A stretch of 61,132 nt of DNA from Malacoraja senta (taxonomy: Eukaryota). The first letter of the stretch is position 1. Each line of letters opens with the position of its first letter. The position numbers were made by a program, and so were the translations under genes. The notes under the pieces were generated by a model. That model made no database searches. It was not told the origin of the DNA and saw only the letters and a list, made by a program, of their open reading frames with translations. The stretch covers positions 62,001-123,132 of the forward strand of contig JAXLNO010000193.1 in the NCBI GenBank assembly GCA_038087875.1. Reading direction: 5' to 3'. Positions 24,335-37,803 of the stretch are shown piece by piece.

Positions 24335-25760
24335 ATAGATTTACTATTGTCACGTGTACCAAGATACAATCAAAAGCTTTTATTTTGCATGCTATCCAGC
24401 CAAATCATATCAAACACGAGTACATCAGATAGTGCAAAATGGAAAATAAACAGACTGAAAAATAAAGTGTTACAGCTACAGACATAGTATGGATAAAAAA
24501 AAGTGCAAGGGCCATAAAGAGGTAGATTGGAATGTCAGGAATTCATCCATAACATAAGAGAGGGTTCTTCAAGAGTCTGATAACCACAGGGAAGAAGTTA
24601 TTCTTGAAAGAGATGGTACAATGTCAATGTCAGCAAGATTAAGGAGCTGGTTATTAATTTCAGGAAACATGGTGGCTTGATGTTCCGAGGCATACATATC
24701 ACAAACAATTTGTCCTGGACCAACCACACTAAAGCTGTAACAAAGAAACCTCACTGACACCTCAGCTTTCTCAGAAGACTAAGGAGGTTCTTACCAATTT
24801 CTTACAACTCTTGCCAATTTCTACAGATGCACCATAGAAAGCATCTTGTTAGGATTTGTTGCAACTTTGTTTCGCAACAGCCCTGCACAAGAACAGAAGA
24901 AATTACAAAGTGTTGTGGAAGGATGTAGCCCATTCCTCTCATAAGCTACGGCTGTAGTCTCGCTCTCCCATCTACCTCATTGCAGCCCTTGCACTTTTCT
25001 TTCTGCACATTCTTTGTAACTGTAACAGTATAATGCTGTAACTATATTCTGCACACTGGTATTGTTCTCTTTGAACAACATGTTGTACTTGTGCACGACT
25101 TCATTGCACATGTATAGTATGATTTGACTGGATAGCATGGAAACAAAGCTTTTCACTCTATCTTAATCCATTAAATCGATACCAATAAATGCTTTTAAGT
25201 TTTTATATCTTCTGCCTTACAGAGGCAGAGAGAAGAGAGAATGATCAGAGTGTGACATGCTACTATGTTCCATGAGCAAAACTTGAAAGCATATACCACC
25301 AAATTGGCAGTGATGTTTACACCTTGGAAGTTGAAGCTCTCGACTCTCACCACTTCAGCACCATTTTATACTGGGGAATGCACTTCACCCCTCCTCCTCA
25401 CCTTGATAACCAGTTTCTTTATGGTCATTGAGGGTGAGGTTGTTGTCTTTTCACCATGCTATTCTATACAAAGTTTGAAAGCACATACCACCAGATTCAA
25501 GAAAAGCTTCTTCCCCGCTGTTATCCGACATCTCATATGCTATGGGTGAATTCCCGGTCTTCCAATCTATCATGTTGCAGCCCTTGGAATGATTTATCTG
25601 CACTTTCTCTATAGCTGTAACACTATATTCTGTGCTCTATTTATTTTCTCGTTTGCACTACCTGATGTACTCATGCATTGTACTGTTTGCCTGGAGAGCA
25701 AGCAAAACAACGTTTCACTGTATCTTGATACACACAACAAAACCAACACAACCTTAATAA
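24335..25760. mobile_element. Mosaic of Rex1 3' fragments in both orientations
   Basis: Repeated Rex1 3' motifs (CACCAGATTCAAGAAAAGCTTCTTCCCCGCTGTTATC, CAAAGCTTTTCACT). Confidence 0.6.
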
Positions 25761-26019
25761 AGCAACTCTCACATCGAATGCTTATTTGGTCACAATGATG
25801 ATGATTACAGCCTATCTTTATTGGAGAGAATAAGACACATGTGGTGTGCAGCTGTATTTTTAGTGGCAAAATTTTCGTCATTCCAAAAATGTCAGGCTGT
25901 ATTTGAAAGCAGATCCACAGGGTGCAGAAACACTCTGGCACTACTCAAGTAGCCATTCTTCATGACTAAGGCGCAAAACGCAGGTGCAACATGTTATTAG
26001 AAATGTAAGTGGGATGCTA

Positions 26020-26545
26020 TCTTTACTGGGAGGAATAACTGAGTACAAAAGCAGGGAGCTTCAGTTATATAGCCACTAGAGAGACCACATCTGGAGTACT
26101 GTGCACATTAGTGATCTCATCTAAGGAAGGATATCAAATATTTTGGAAGTAGTTCAGCCAAGGTTTCTTAGACTTATGTCTTATATGGATAGACTGTCTA
26201 ACGTGGAACAATTGGACAGGCTAGACTTGATTCTGATGCAGTTTAGGAGAGTGGATATACAATTGTTTGATGGTTGAATCCTGATGAGTCTTGACTGGAT
26301 AGTTGCACAGAATATGTTGTTTGTGAGGTAAATCCAGAATTAGTGGGTCCCCCACTTAAGGCACAGTGGAGTGCGAACAGAGCCTTTGAATACTTTTGAG
26401 GCAGAGGTAGATACTGTAGATTCTTGATAAGAAACTGATAGATGGGAAACTGATAGATGGTTTTAATCAGGTGGGCCATGATCAAATTTAATATTGGAGC
26501 AGGCTTGAAGGTGGAGTAGGCTCCTGCAGCTAACTTGCATGTTTG
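26020..26545 (+). mobile_element. Old CR1 3' fragment
   Basis: GAGACCACATCTGGAGTACTGTGCAC..AAGGAAGGATAT (RPHLEYC motif). Confidence 0.6.
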
Positions 26546-27099
26546 TTTGGAGAATGGTTACATGGAGGAATCATAGCTGAGCAAATTCCTGCCTCATCAC
26601 CTGCATTAGTGTATCTTGAATCCAAGAATAAAACATTGACTTAATTTAGTTATGAGGACAATAATCCTTTAAACTGAAACAAGTCCAGGCTCTGGGCTGA
26701 GCATAAGGAATCGGTGCGAAGCTGCATCTGTTAAAATGGACATCCTAGATGTGGTGCTTTGACATAATGAGCCTACTTTACACCCCAAGGCTTCTCCCAA
26801 AATATCGAAATCCCTGGTAACAGCGCACTGTTGCCAGAGCAGCTCACCCACCCACTTACAGACTGGTATGTTTGGAGAAAGTACAAAAAAGAAAACTTCT
26901 TAAACTCTTTCAAGGATTTGAAAACAAAATAGCAATTTTGAAAGATGAGGGAATCAGTAAGCAGAACAGGAGGAAACACAACAAAATATGAAATGGGAGA
27001 GAATGGATGGTTTCCAAATGGGTGCTGCCATGATACCAGTGCACTTGTTGAGTTATGTAAACATGTAAAAATGAGAATGTAATTGAGAATGTAAAAATG

Positions 27100-27650
27100 T
27101 GACCTCCAAGTTTGTGGATGACACAAAGCTGGGTGGCAGTGTAAGCTGTGATGAGGATGCCATGGGGCTGCAGGGTGACTTGGATAAATTGGGGGAGTTG
27201 CAGGTGCATGGCAGATGCAATATAATGTGGATAAATGTGAGGTTATCCACTTTGGTGGCAAGAACAAGAAGGCAGATTATTATCTGAATGGTATCAGATT
27301 AGGAAAAGGGGAGGTGCAACGAGACCTGGGTGTGTACATCAGTCACTGAAAGTAAGCATGCAGGTACAGCAGGCAGTGAAGAAAGGTAATGGCGTGTTGG
27401 CCTTCATTGCGAGAGGATTTTAGTTTAGGAGTCAGAAGGTCCTACTACAGTTGTTCAGGGCCCTGGTGAGACCATACCTGGAGTATTGTGTGCAATTTTG
27501 GTTTCCTAATTTGAGGAAGGACATTATTGCTATTGAGGGAGTGCAGCGTAGGTTCACCAGATAATTCCCGGGATGGCGGGACTGTTATATGAAGAAAGAT
27601 TGGAAAGACTGGGCTTCTATTCACTGCAATTTAAGATGAGAGGGGATCTC
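27100..27650 (+). mobile_element. CR1 RT fragment related to the young CR1 family
   Basis: SKFVDDTKLGGSVSCDEDAMGLQGDLDKLGE, highly similar to the 41963-45073 ORF. Confidence 0.9.
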
Positions 27651-30016
27651 ATGAATGTGGTTAAATAATGATGGACCGGAGTGTCATCGCTGGACTTAGA
27701 AGTGCCAATTATCAGATGCATTCATCTTATGGAAGAAATTATAACATAAAAGAGACAACCTATCGACTTGGGAGATGTGAAATGATACAGGCTCGTGGAA
27801 TATGCTGTAGGAACAGATGTTTACTGGGATTGCAAAGGATACATTTTCTGATCAAACTGAGGGTTGCAGGTAGTGCTATTTATATGGCCTGGCATATGGC
27901 CTTGACTAAAGAAGGCCCACATTTTCTGGAGATTTTCTGACCTGCTGGAGTCGCAACATTTTTGCAGGGATTGGCTATTCTACTTAAATTCTTCAAGGAG
28001 TGGGTATTCCATCAGTGTCCATTATCAAGGAATTGCACTGGGAGAATTCCAGGCTAGCTCGGTGACCACACTTGATGGACCTCTGTAAAACCATTCTATC
28101 CTTTTGCATGGGCTGGACATTAACACAGCCATGCTAATTGAGGAAGAGATTACATTATCCTTTATTGAAGGCAGAATGGCTTACTTTGGAGCAGTAATTC
28201 CTTTCCTATCTGTCCGTTCTCTTACTACACAGGCAAAATAAATGGAACCATCTCCCTGGCATGTGAGCTCGACTGGTATGCCAAGCAGCCTAATGCTGCT
28301 GGTTGTTTTCTGCAGGAACAGGTCATTAATGATCCAGCAATGGTGTTTCTAGTCTGGGTGGATCGAATTTCTCATCTGCACACTTGTGGTAATAAAGCAC
28401 GCAAGTCCTAATAGTCTAGGCAGACCATACCTCCTAAAGATGCTGCAGGTTGAATAATGATTTCACAAGAACCAACTTCTCTCTGAGACCTCCCTCCTAA
28501 TGAATCTTTTTCATCTGTGAATTCAAATACCTCCCAATTCCATAACCCTGAAATAGACTGCAACCACTCTCCAGCAAGAAACACTGGATGCACCAGAAGG
28601 CTTGACCAATCTTTCCATTGTTGTCTTGCAGGTGTCTTTGGGTATCTCTTCTGAGATCAGTTCAGATGAAATATAGACTTTACAGCTACCTGTATTGCAA
28701 CTGTCAAATGCATTTATCCACAAAACATGTCAGAATCTACAGAAGGTAATCCGAGAGACAGCCATTTCAAGATTCCAAACTTTAAACAGCCTAAAGTCCA
28801 GAATATAGGCAGATATTTTATTGCTACACTGAGGAAGTTCTGCATTGCTAATGGTGCCCCTTTTCAAATGGGACATTAAACCAAAGCCACCATCTCCCTA
28901 TTTATAAGGGGTCTGGGGCATAATTTGAAGAGTCGAGGTTTTCGATGTTTCGATTGATCATTCAACCATCAGATTTACCAGTTGTTTTTCTTAGTGTCCA
29001 TTATGGGTCCAGTCCTGCACACTAATTATTTGCTGCAGTTCTCAGTTCAGCAATAACAATTATATTTTAAACATAGCTCATTGGCTGCACAGCATGTTAG
29101 AAAATCCTGAACAGATTAAAGGTGCTAAATAAAATGGAAGTTCAAAACCATAGGTAATATGGAAATCCAATCATTCTTTCATATATAGTGTGGATTCGTC
29201 AGTAAATGAAATAGTTTTAAAAATTGTCTTACACAAGCATTGGTGCTTTGGATGATAAACCAGAAATATTGATGTCTCTTATTGCCTGTAAATTGTGATC
29301 TCATCTTTGTGATGCAACTAATCTAGTTGAGTAGGACCACAGAGCACCAGTTGGAATTAGTTCAGCTATGAATTGACTATCTGAGCTTCTGTAATGAAAC
29401 ATCCAATTGTTCTTTCTCAATTCCTGCATTAAAAGAGTTTTCAGTTCCAAGCCCAGTTCAATTTTCTTCAGAGATGGGTATAATGAATAATCAATGGAAT
29501 CTTAAAAAAAAAATTAAGGTCAATCAGGGCTGGTGAGGAGGCACTTTTTTAAAACATCTCCCATCTAATAGGTGACCTTTGGTAGAAAATTCATCTTGTC
29601 TGGTTAGACTGTAGTAAAACATTGAACTTCTCATAGATTATGGAGTTATATACACAACAAAAACTTAACATTGAAGGGGAATAAATATACATCATTCATA
29701 TGAACATATAAATTTTCAAAAGTAAATTTACAATGCCCCATATCACCATGGGAAAAAACCCTTCTACAAAAAGAAGATGCTGTCACGTTGTGGCTATTCA
29801 AGCTTCAGAATCTCATAATATTCTCTTCTGACATCACAGAGAACCTGATGGACCCGGTGCAATTAGGTCTCGAAGGTCTACTGAGCATAGGGCAAAGGCA
29901 CTTCTTGTGTGTAACTGCGAGAAGCTACATCAGCTAATGCCAGAAATCTTTTTTAACGTTTTTCTCCTCTTAAATTAAAAGAACTGGGTGCGGGTCAAGA
30001 TTGCATGTGCAGGGGG

Positions 30017-30206
30017 TCAGGAGGGCCACAATAGACTCCAGAACAAGCAGGCCATCCCAGAGAGAAGTAGAGTTCCTGATGGGACTGTGGCCACTGCAGT
30101 TGAGTTGAGGATGGGATGCTGCCTATGTTGCTGTGACGGTTCACGTGCAGGCTCCACCGTGATGTAGCCGTTGATAATCCTGATATTGGATGGCACGACC
30201 GTTGTG
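30017..30206 (-). CDS. TRABD2B: Terminal coding exon of metalloprotease TIKI2
   Basis: Strong acceptor TGTTTCCTTTTCCTTCAG|C, phase 2, matching the upstream exon. Encodes (S)TTVVPSNIRIINGYITVEPAREPSQQHRQHPILNSTAVATVPSGTLLLSGMACLFWSLLWPS*. Joined WVRIEE-STT and the hydrophobic ..PS* end parallel recalled human TRABD2B (WVRIEDSTT..LLHSLGPS). Confidence 0.85.
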
Positions 30207-30600
30207 CTGAAGGAAAAGGAAACACAATTATTGGATGGCCAAGGGATAGGAATCACAGACAAAATAATATGACAACACAAAATTGCTCTGAATTTATATT
30301 TTCTTTAGTTCAATAAACCTGCACTGTGTAGAGTAAAGAGTGTGGTACCAATTAGATATGAAATTCCATGTTATCATGAAATTAGCCAAAACCTCTACGG
30401 AAACCATTGGTAAAGTGGAAACCATAGGTAAAATCTAGGTAAAAGTGAATCATTACCTTATTTCCTTGTGCTCCACAGTTTTGATATAACTTGCTGGAGT
30501 AATTCAGCAGGTCAGCCGCACCTCTGGAGAACATGGATAGGCGACGTTTCGGGTCGAGATTCTTCTTAATCGTGAAGAAGGGTCTCCACCTGAAATGTAA

Positions 30601-31012
30601 AGGGCCTGTCCCACTTTCCCGAGTTATTCACAAATTCTCCCGAGTTATTCACAAATTCTCCCGAGTTCTCCCCTTGATTCAAACTCGCAGAATGTTCATA
30701 ACGAGTCCGTAGGAGGCCGTAGGAGTCTGTGGATATATCGTAGCAGCTCGTTATGCCAGCTGTAGGTACTCGGGGCATCAGGTAAGTCGGGATGTTTTTT
30801 CCAGCCTGATCAAAAATGTCCACGAGTGAAAAAATAGCCCCGAGAACCTACGGCTGGCATAACGAGCCGCTACGATATATCCACAGACTCCTACGGCCTC
30901 CTACGGACTCGTTACGAACATTCTGCGAGTGTGAATCAAGGGGAAAACTCGCGAGAATTTGTGAATAACTCGGGAGAATTCGTGAATAACTCGGGAAAGT
31001 GGGACAGGCCCT
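30601..31012. mobile_element. Harbinger-type foldback MITE
   Basis: Near-perfect inverted arms of about 175 bp starting AGGGCCTGTCCCACTTTCCCGAGTTATTCAC, flanked by TAA/TTA. Confidence 0.88.
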
Positions 31013-31049
31013 TTACCAAACCATGTTCTCCAGAGATGCTATTTGACCC

Positions 31050-32474
31050 AAAAGGGCATCAATCATACCAGTGCCCAAGAAGAGCAAGGTGACGTGCCTC
31101 AATGACTATCGACCTGTGGCACTAACGCCTGTGGTGATGAAGTGCTTTGAGAGGTTGATCATGGTGCAAATCAACTCCTACCTCGAAAAAAACCTGGACC
31201 CACTGCAGTTCGCTCACCGCCACAACAGATCAACAGTGGATGCGATCTCGCTGGCCCTCCACTCCGCTCTGGACCACATGGACAACAAAAACTCATATGT
31301 CAGGCTGTTATTCATCAATTACAGCTCGGCATTTAATACAATCATCCCCTCCAAGCTGGTTACCAAACTCGCAGAACTGGGTATCTGCGCATCCCTCTGC
31401 AATTGGATCCTCGACTTCCTCAATCTCAGATCACAGTCTGTTCGTATTGGTGGAAAAGTGTCAGACTCGATAACAATCAGCATGGGAGCACCTCAAGGCT
31501 GCGTGCTCAGCCCCCTGCTGTACTCACTCTATACTCATGACTGCGTAGCCGGTCATAGTGCGAACTCGATGATTAAGTTCGCTGACGACACCACTGTTGT
31601 GGAACGTATCACTGATGAGGATGAGTCAGAGTACAGAAGAGAGATCGGCCAACTGTCCATATGGTGCCAGCACAATAACCTGGCCCTCAACACCAGCAAA
31701 ACCAAGGAACTGATTGTGGACTTTGGAAGGAGTAGGATGGGGACCCACAGTCCTGTCTATATCAATGGGTGGATGGTTGAAAGGGTCAAGAGCTTTAAAT
31801 TCATGGGCGTCCACATCTCTGAAGATCTTTCCTGGTCCGAGAACACTGATGCTACTATTAAGAAAGCACATCAGCGCCTCTACTTCCTGAGAAGATTACG
31901 GAGAGTCGGTTTGACAAGGAGGACTCTCTCTAACTTCTACAGGTGCACAGTAGAGAGCATGCTGACCGGTTGCATCGTGGCTTGGTTCGGCAACTTGAGC
32001 GCCCTGGAGAGGAAAAGACTACAAAGAGTAGTAAACACCTCCCAGTCCATCATCGGCACTGACCTCCCTTCCATCGAGGGGATCTATCGCAGTCGCTGCC
32101 TCAAAAAGGCTGGCAGTATCATCAAGGACCCACACCATCCTGGCCACACACTCATCTCCCTGCTACCTTAAGGTAGAAGGTACAGGAGACTGAAGACTGC
32201 AATGACCAGGTTCAGGAATAGCTACTTCCCCACAGCCATCAGGATATTAAACTTGACTCGGACAAAACTATGAACATTAATAGCCCATTATCTGTTATTT
32301 GCACTTGATCAGTTTATTTATTCATGTGTGTATATATTTATATAATGATATATGGACACACTGATCTGTTTTGTAGTCAATGCCTTCTATGTTCTGTTGT
32401 GCTGAAGCAAAGCAAGAATTTCATTGTCCTACGACACATGACAATAAACTCACTTGAACTTGAACTTGAACTTG
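31050..32474 (+). mobile_element. Young 5'-truncated Rex1/Babar LINE with open RT ORF (31071-32171)
   Basis: 366 aa: [44 protein letters not shown]. Tail ATGACAATAAAC(CTTGAA)n. Confidence 0.95.
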
Positions 32475-35129
32475 AGTTACTCCAGGATTTTGTGTCCCTT
32501 TGTGTGTCAACCTACATCTGCAGTATCTCGTTTCTACCTACACTGTTCTGGATGGAATCAGTCTCAACTGAACACAGCTTTTCTCAAGTTGTTGTGTTCT
32601 AAAAAGAAAAAGGTGAATGGGAGTGACTATTAGCTTTCAAGGGGGTTTCTCAGCTGTTTCTTGGGGAACTCTGTTGGTGTTGTACACACCTGTCTCTGCT
32701 CTGCTGGGAGAAGAGGCTGCTGGTGTACTGGGACTTTCACCCTTTTAATGCCTTCCTCACTCTCCTGCTCTCGCTCTTTCTGTTCTTCTGCTTTTGTTTC
32801 ATGTCCCTCATGTTCTGGGTCAGTATGCTTCTGGCAAATCCCAGTGTCCAAGGTGAGACACGTTTCTCACTGAAAATAAAGGATTTATATTCACCTTAGA
32901 CATATGCAGTACCAAGTGATCTTTCTGCTGTAGCGAGCAGCAGATTGGGCCATATGGCTGACTTGTAACGACCCTGTACCGAGGAAGCCGAGTGTCACAA
33001 AGTGACCTTGACCTCTGTGGATAAAGCCATCTGGATACAGGAGTGTGGCTATGGTTTTCCCATTGTTTCTCTTGCATCTGTCTGAACATGTCCTGGGGAA
33101 ACCCGAGTCTGCAAAACTACATCAGATAAGTCCAAGTTGGATATGGAATCTATGAAGGCTCTCCAGTGGCAGACCATTTAGTGATGGACATGCCTTTGCT
33201 ACCTGCCCCAAGGTCTCTGACCAAGCTTGCTCAGCAATTAACTGTCATATGATGCCAGCAGCAATAGAAGATTGCTGGCCTTATCACCACTGGTGCACTG
33301 TTTGAATCAGTACAGTCACATTCTGCTAATTATTTGAGCTCTCTGCTGTCTATTCTGGAGCTGTCCAGTTAGGACTCCTAATGTCAGCACCATTTCTCTT
33401 CAAATAGATATCAATGCAAGAAATAAGCATAATGTGTTTGTGCTTGTACTGTGACACAATTTTACCCGGAAATGATAATATGTGCAATCCAACCTAACTC
33501 ACTTGCTTGCAATTTCCAGGCCAGTATACACTAGATCAGTAGGCGGTGAATGTTGGGTGGGAGAAGGTGGGCAACATAATATTTCCTAACCATTCTCATC
33601 ATGTGTGATTCTTATCTCAACCATGAGGGATGTTGAGTTAGGTAATGCCTGACTTCCCACCAGCAATAGAATATACCAGAGTCAGTTTTCCACTTACTGC
33701 TCCAGTATTTCTTATGGTTGAATTATGCACAGTACCATTCTTGGTCATTGGAAACATGCAGTGCAGGGAAGCCACAAAGTAAGAAATAATTGTACCTTGA
33801 AACAAAATGCATCTCAAGTGGCCAAATAAATAATCCAGGCATTCATAGGCTGATATAGATTAAAAAATTAAGCAATAGGCATGATGGATTCACTGAAACA
33901 TTATGCCAGAAAAATCCAGAACACGGCATTAATCTAGCTCAGTAAAGTTTTCCAGAAAATTTAATCTTTAATCTTTTAAGCATAATTGACATAGTGAATA
34001 CAATACTGTACTGCAAACAAACCACAAACTTGGTGGCTTTAATGGTTGTGGAAATTGAGTTTCACTAGCCAATTATTAAGGTCTTTATGGTAACCATTTC
34101 TTGCAAATTCCTGGATATATATTAAAGCTTTTGAAGACAGCATGTTAAAATTACAATATCTTATTTGTTGCTTCAGAAACAAAATGATTTCCTGTGAAGA
34201 TTGAATCGGTTGCATTGCATATCAATTATGTTTGTTTGTACTTTTTTTCTGAATGATAATAAGTAAAAATGTTCTGATCACATTCACACACATACTGAAT
34301 GGAGTTAACACCAAATTTAGTGTAAACAATTGAGACCAGAGAAATGAATTAAACTTGCACAGTTTATGAGTGAAAACTAGTCATAGGGGACGAGGAAAAA
34401 TAAATTGCTCAAGTGAATTGCAATTAAACACTAGCAATATAATGGTCTGCACCTGCACCTAAAATTCTGGACTTAATTTTGCTTTGAGCCAATGTAATTG
34501 GAGGAGATTGGTCTGTAAAACATCAGCCTTGGATCAGGTTCATTATAATCAGCCAAGATGCCTCCAAGAACTGTTGGGAGAACTAGACTGGTTTCTCTTC
34601 CAGAGATGCCGTTAGACTGTCTAAGTTCTTCCAGATTTTCTGCTTTTGTTTCAGATTCTGGTTCTACAATTTTATTAATTTTCTAACGTCTTCAAGCATA
34701 GGGATTGACTGAAACTCAAAATAAGGGAATAGAAGCTTAGGAAATGTGCATGCTTGTGTCCAAGTTTTCTTGAGCTATTAAACAAGACCTGTGCTTGATG
34801 CCAAAATACATATATTTCTGTCACCTAATCCATGCTTCTTCTGATTACATGTTGGTCTGATGGAGGTCCTTAGAGTATTAAAATGGAAATGTTTTAAAGA
34901 TTGTTGAGTTACATAATGTTACTTGCTATTACTTTTACATTCAGATAAAAAACCTGTTTTACTCCCAGTGCAGCGCACACTGTTACCACGCCAAAGATAT
35001 TTAACTACAGGTGAGATGGAAGCCCCAACTTCCATTATCGTTTACACCACCTTTTTCTTGTATGTGACCTTTGCAATCCCAGAAAACCAATCATATCACA
35101 ATATTTCCGTAACACAAAGTCACATAATC

Positions 35130-35350
35130 TGCAGAGACACAAGATACAATAGATGCTGGAGGAATTCAGCAGGTCAAGAGACATTTATGGGGGTAGAGCG
35201 TGTGGTGATGTTGGAAGGGGTGGTTGACATTTCAATTTGACACCCTGCATCAGAACCTGATGTAGGGTTTGTACCTGAAATGTCAACAATTCCTAACCCA
35301 TTTCCCCAGATGCTGTTTGGCCAACTGATTTCCTCCAGGAGTTTATTTTT
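35130..35350. mobile_element. Old palindromic Penelope-like terminal element
   Basis: GATGCTGGAGGAATTCAGCAGG... / ...CTGATTTCCTCCAGGAG arms around CTGATGTAGGGTTTGTACCTGAAATGTC. Confidence 0.6.
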
Positions 35351-35427
35351 CTTCTCCACATCTGTGTATGTGTGAAGAAATGCTCGATGAACACAAATTC
35401 TGCCAGCTAATTTTTTTATTCTGGATT

Positions 35428-35980
35428 CATGTTACAGTTGTACAAGACATTGGTGAGGCCACTTGTATTCAACTTTGGTCACCCTGTTATAGGAAAGATG
35501 TTGTTAAGCTGGAAAGGGTGCATAAAAGATTTACGAGGATGTTGCCAGGACTCGAGGGCTTCGGCTATGGGGAGAGGTTAAGCAGACTACGATTTTATTC
35601 CTTGGAGCACAGGAGGATGAGGGGTCATCTTATAGATGTGTAGAAGATCATGAGAGGAATAATAGGGTGAATACACAGTCTTTTGTCCAAAGTAGGAGAA
35701 TCGAGAACCAGAGGTCATAGGTTTAAGGTGAGGGGGGAAAAGATTTAATAGGAACTTGAGGGGTAACTTTTTTTTTACACAAAGGGTGATGGGTGCATTA
35801 AATGAGCTGCGGAGGAGGTAGTTGAGGCAGTTATGATCACATTTAAGAAACATTTAGACAGGTGCATGGATAGGATAGGTTTAGAGGGATATGGGCCAAA
35901 TGCAGGCATGTGAGATGTTGGTTGGCATGGGCAAGTTGGGCCGAAGTGCCCGTTTCCACATTGTATGACCCTATGACCCT
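35428..35980 (+). mobile_element. CR1 3' fragment
   Basis: CIQLWSPCYRKDVVKLERVHKRFTRMLPGLEG..YGERL..SLEHRRMRG, followed by 3' UTR and (ATGACCCT)n tail. Confidence 0.9.
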
Positions 35981-36225
35981 ATGACGCTATTTCAGATTTA
36001 TTTGGTAGTGATTTGCGAATTTCATAAGGATGAATTTCCATTACCTGAACTGCTGTAACGTGGAGGGTCACGTAATTAAAATAGCTGATATATTGTCTGG
36101 ATACTGGATAGAAATACACAGTAAATTGTGATATTTCAAAATCTGCATAAATATCATCCAATAGTCAGCAGTTTCTAGTTGAATCAAATCTAAATCGCCA
36201 AAATTGACTGAAAATTATTGACTGA

Positions 36226-36540
36226 CAGTTTAGTTTAGTTTTGAGATACAGCGCAGAAACAGGCCGTTCGCCCCACCGAGTCCGAGCCACCCAGGAATCC
36301 CCGCACAATTACACTATCCTACACACACCAGGGATAATTTACAATTTTACCAAGCCAATTATCCTACAAACCTGGATGTCTTTGTAGTGTGGGAAGAAAC
36401 CGGAGATCCCAGAGAAATTCCACGTAGGTCACAAGGAGAACGTACAAACTCTGTGCAGACAAGTACCTGTAATCAGGATCAAACCCGGTTCTCTGGTGCT
36501 GTTAGGCAGCAACTCTACTGCTGCACCACCATGCCACCCC
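36226..36540 (-). mobile_element. HE1/V-SINE
   Basis: Reverse strand GGGTGGCATGGTGGTGCAGCAGTAGAGTTGCTGCC head and (CTAAA)n tail. Confidence 0.85.
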
Positions 36541-37371
36541 TAGTATTCCAGACTGGGTCCATCACACATCAACTATTTGTAAATAAGACACATTAATTAT
36601 GCAAGAATACAACAGGCTGTCCTTGCCTATCATAACATTTCCAGTTCCTTTTTCAACATGCAAGACTGCTCCTCAACTTCCCAATGATAGCATTATCCTT
36701 TTGGCCTTCCACTGCACTTCCTCGTGCATTTTGACTGGCCGGGCAGTGTGGAATGCGTGGAATAGAAATTGAGCTAAGCATTGAAAGTGGAAATGAAAAT
36801 CTTCATGACCACATATCAGGTAAGACAAGATGGTTTGTGTTCACCTCAAGTTACAATCCAGTCATCAGGTAAAATCATGGAATTAGCTACACTAAAGTAC
36901 TAGTCAGGATGCCAGAAATGTGAGTTGATATATAGAAATTGTTTAGGCATTAACAAATGTGGAAAACCAGAATACAAAGGCTGATTAACAGTTTAGTTTT
37001 CACCATTCAATCACAGTTTATTGCTGACCAGGAGCTAGGTGTGCTTTTCCTATTAAATCTTATACAATCATTTCTCCAAACAAATGAATCAACAAATTTA
37101 ATGGACAATAGGACACAGAATTCTGTAAAAGATAATATGGCATGGATCACTTTAACTGCTCAATATAATGTATTTCATTTGATGATAAGAACCAAGAGAA
37201 CGTAGAAGCGAACATCCCTCCAATATGAAACAGATTTTCACCTTAATTCTTAAGTGCATGCATCAGATTGATAGAATTGTTTTTTGATGTACTAGATCAG
37301 TGACAATAATGGTTCTGACAATAATGGTCTCCTGCTTTGAGCACACTGCAAAGACAATTAATAGGTTTTGA

Positions 37372-37803
37372 TCATCCTGCTATAGGAAGGCTATCAATGA
37401 GCTAGAAGGAGGTCCTGAGTTACAGAGAGACATTGGGCATGCTAGGACATTATTTCTTGGAGTGCATGAAGTTGAGGGATAATCTTATAGCGGTGTATAA
37501 AATCATGAGAGGAATAGATAGGGAGATGCACAGAATCTTTTACTCAGAGTAGGGGAATCAAAAACCAGAGGACATTGGTTTAAGGTGAAAGGAGCAACTA
37601 TTTCACACAGAGAGTGATAGGTATGGAATGAACTGCCAGAGAAGGTACTAGAAGCAGACACTATAATAACATAGAAGAGATATTTGGACAGATATGAAAA
37701 GGAAGATTTTACAGGATTATGGGTAAAATGCAGGCAGGTGGGAATAACATTGGTCGACAGACAAGTTGGGCTGAAGAGCCTGTTTCCGTGCTCTATGACT
37801 ATA
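37372..37803 (+). mobile_element. Degenerate CR1 3' fragment
   Basis: GTATAAAATCATGAGAGGAATAGATAGG..GGTTTAAGGTGA..CCTGTTTCCGTGCTCTATGACT. Confidence 0.8.

Larger units (their letters stand above)
30490..32535. mobile_element. Palindromic Penelope-like terminal element split by a MITE and a Rex1
   Basis: GCTGGAGTAATTCAGCAGG..GACGTTTCGGGTCGAGA..GAAGAAGGGTCTCCACCTGAAATG [MITE] CCATGTTCTCCAGAGATGCT [Rex1] GAGTTACTCCAGGATTTTGTGTC. Confidence 0.7.

Noticed and set aside
32630..32869. Glu/Lys-rich ORF with acceptor-like site as an exon
   Set aside because: No homology recognised. The purine-rich composition explains the open frame, and an intron from the 32894 donor would be only about 25 nt.
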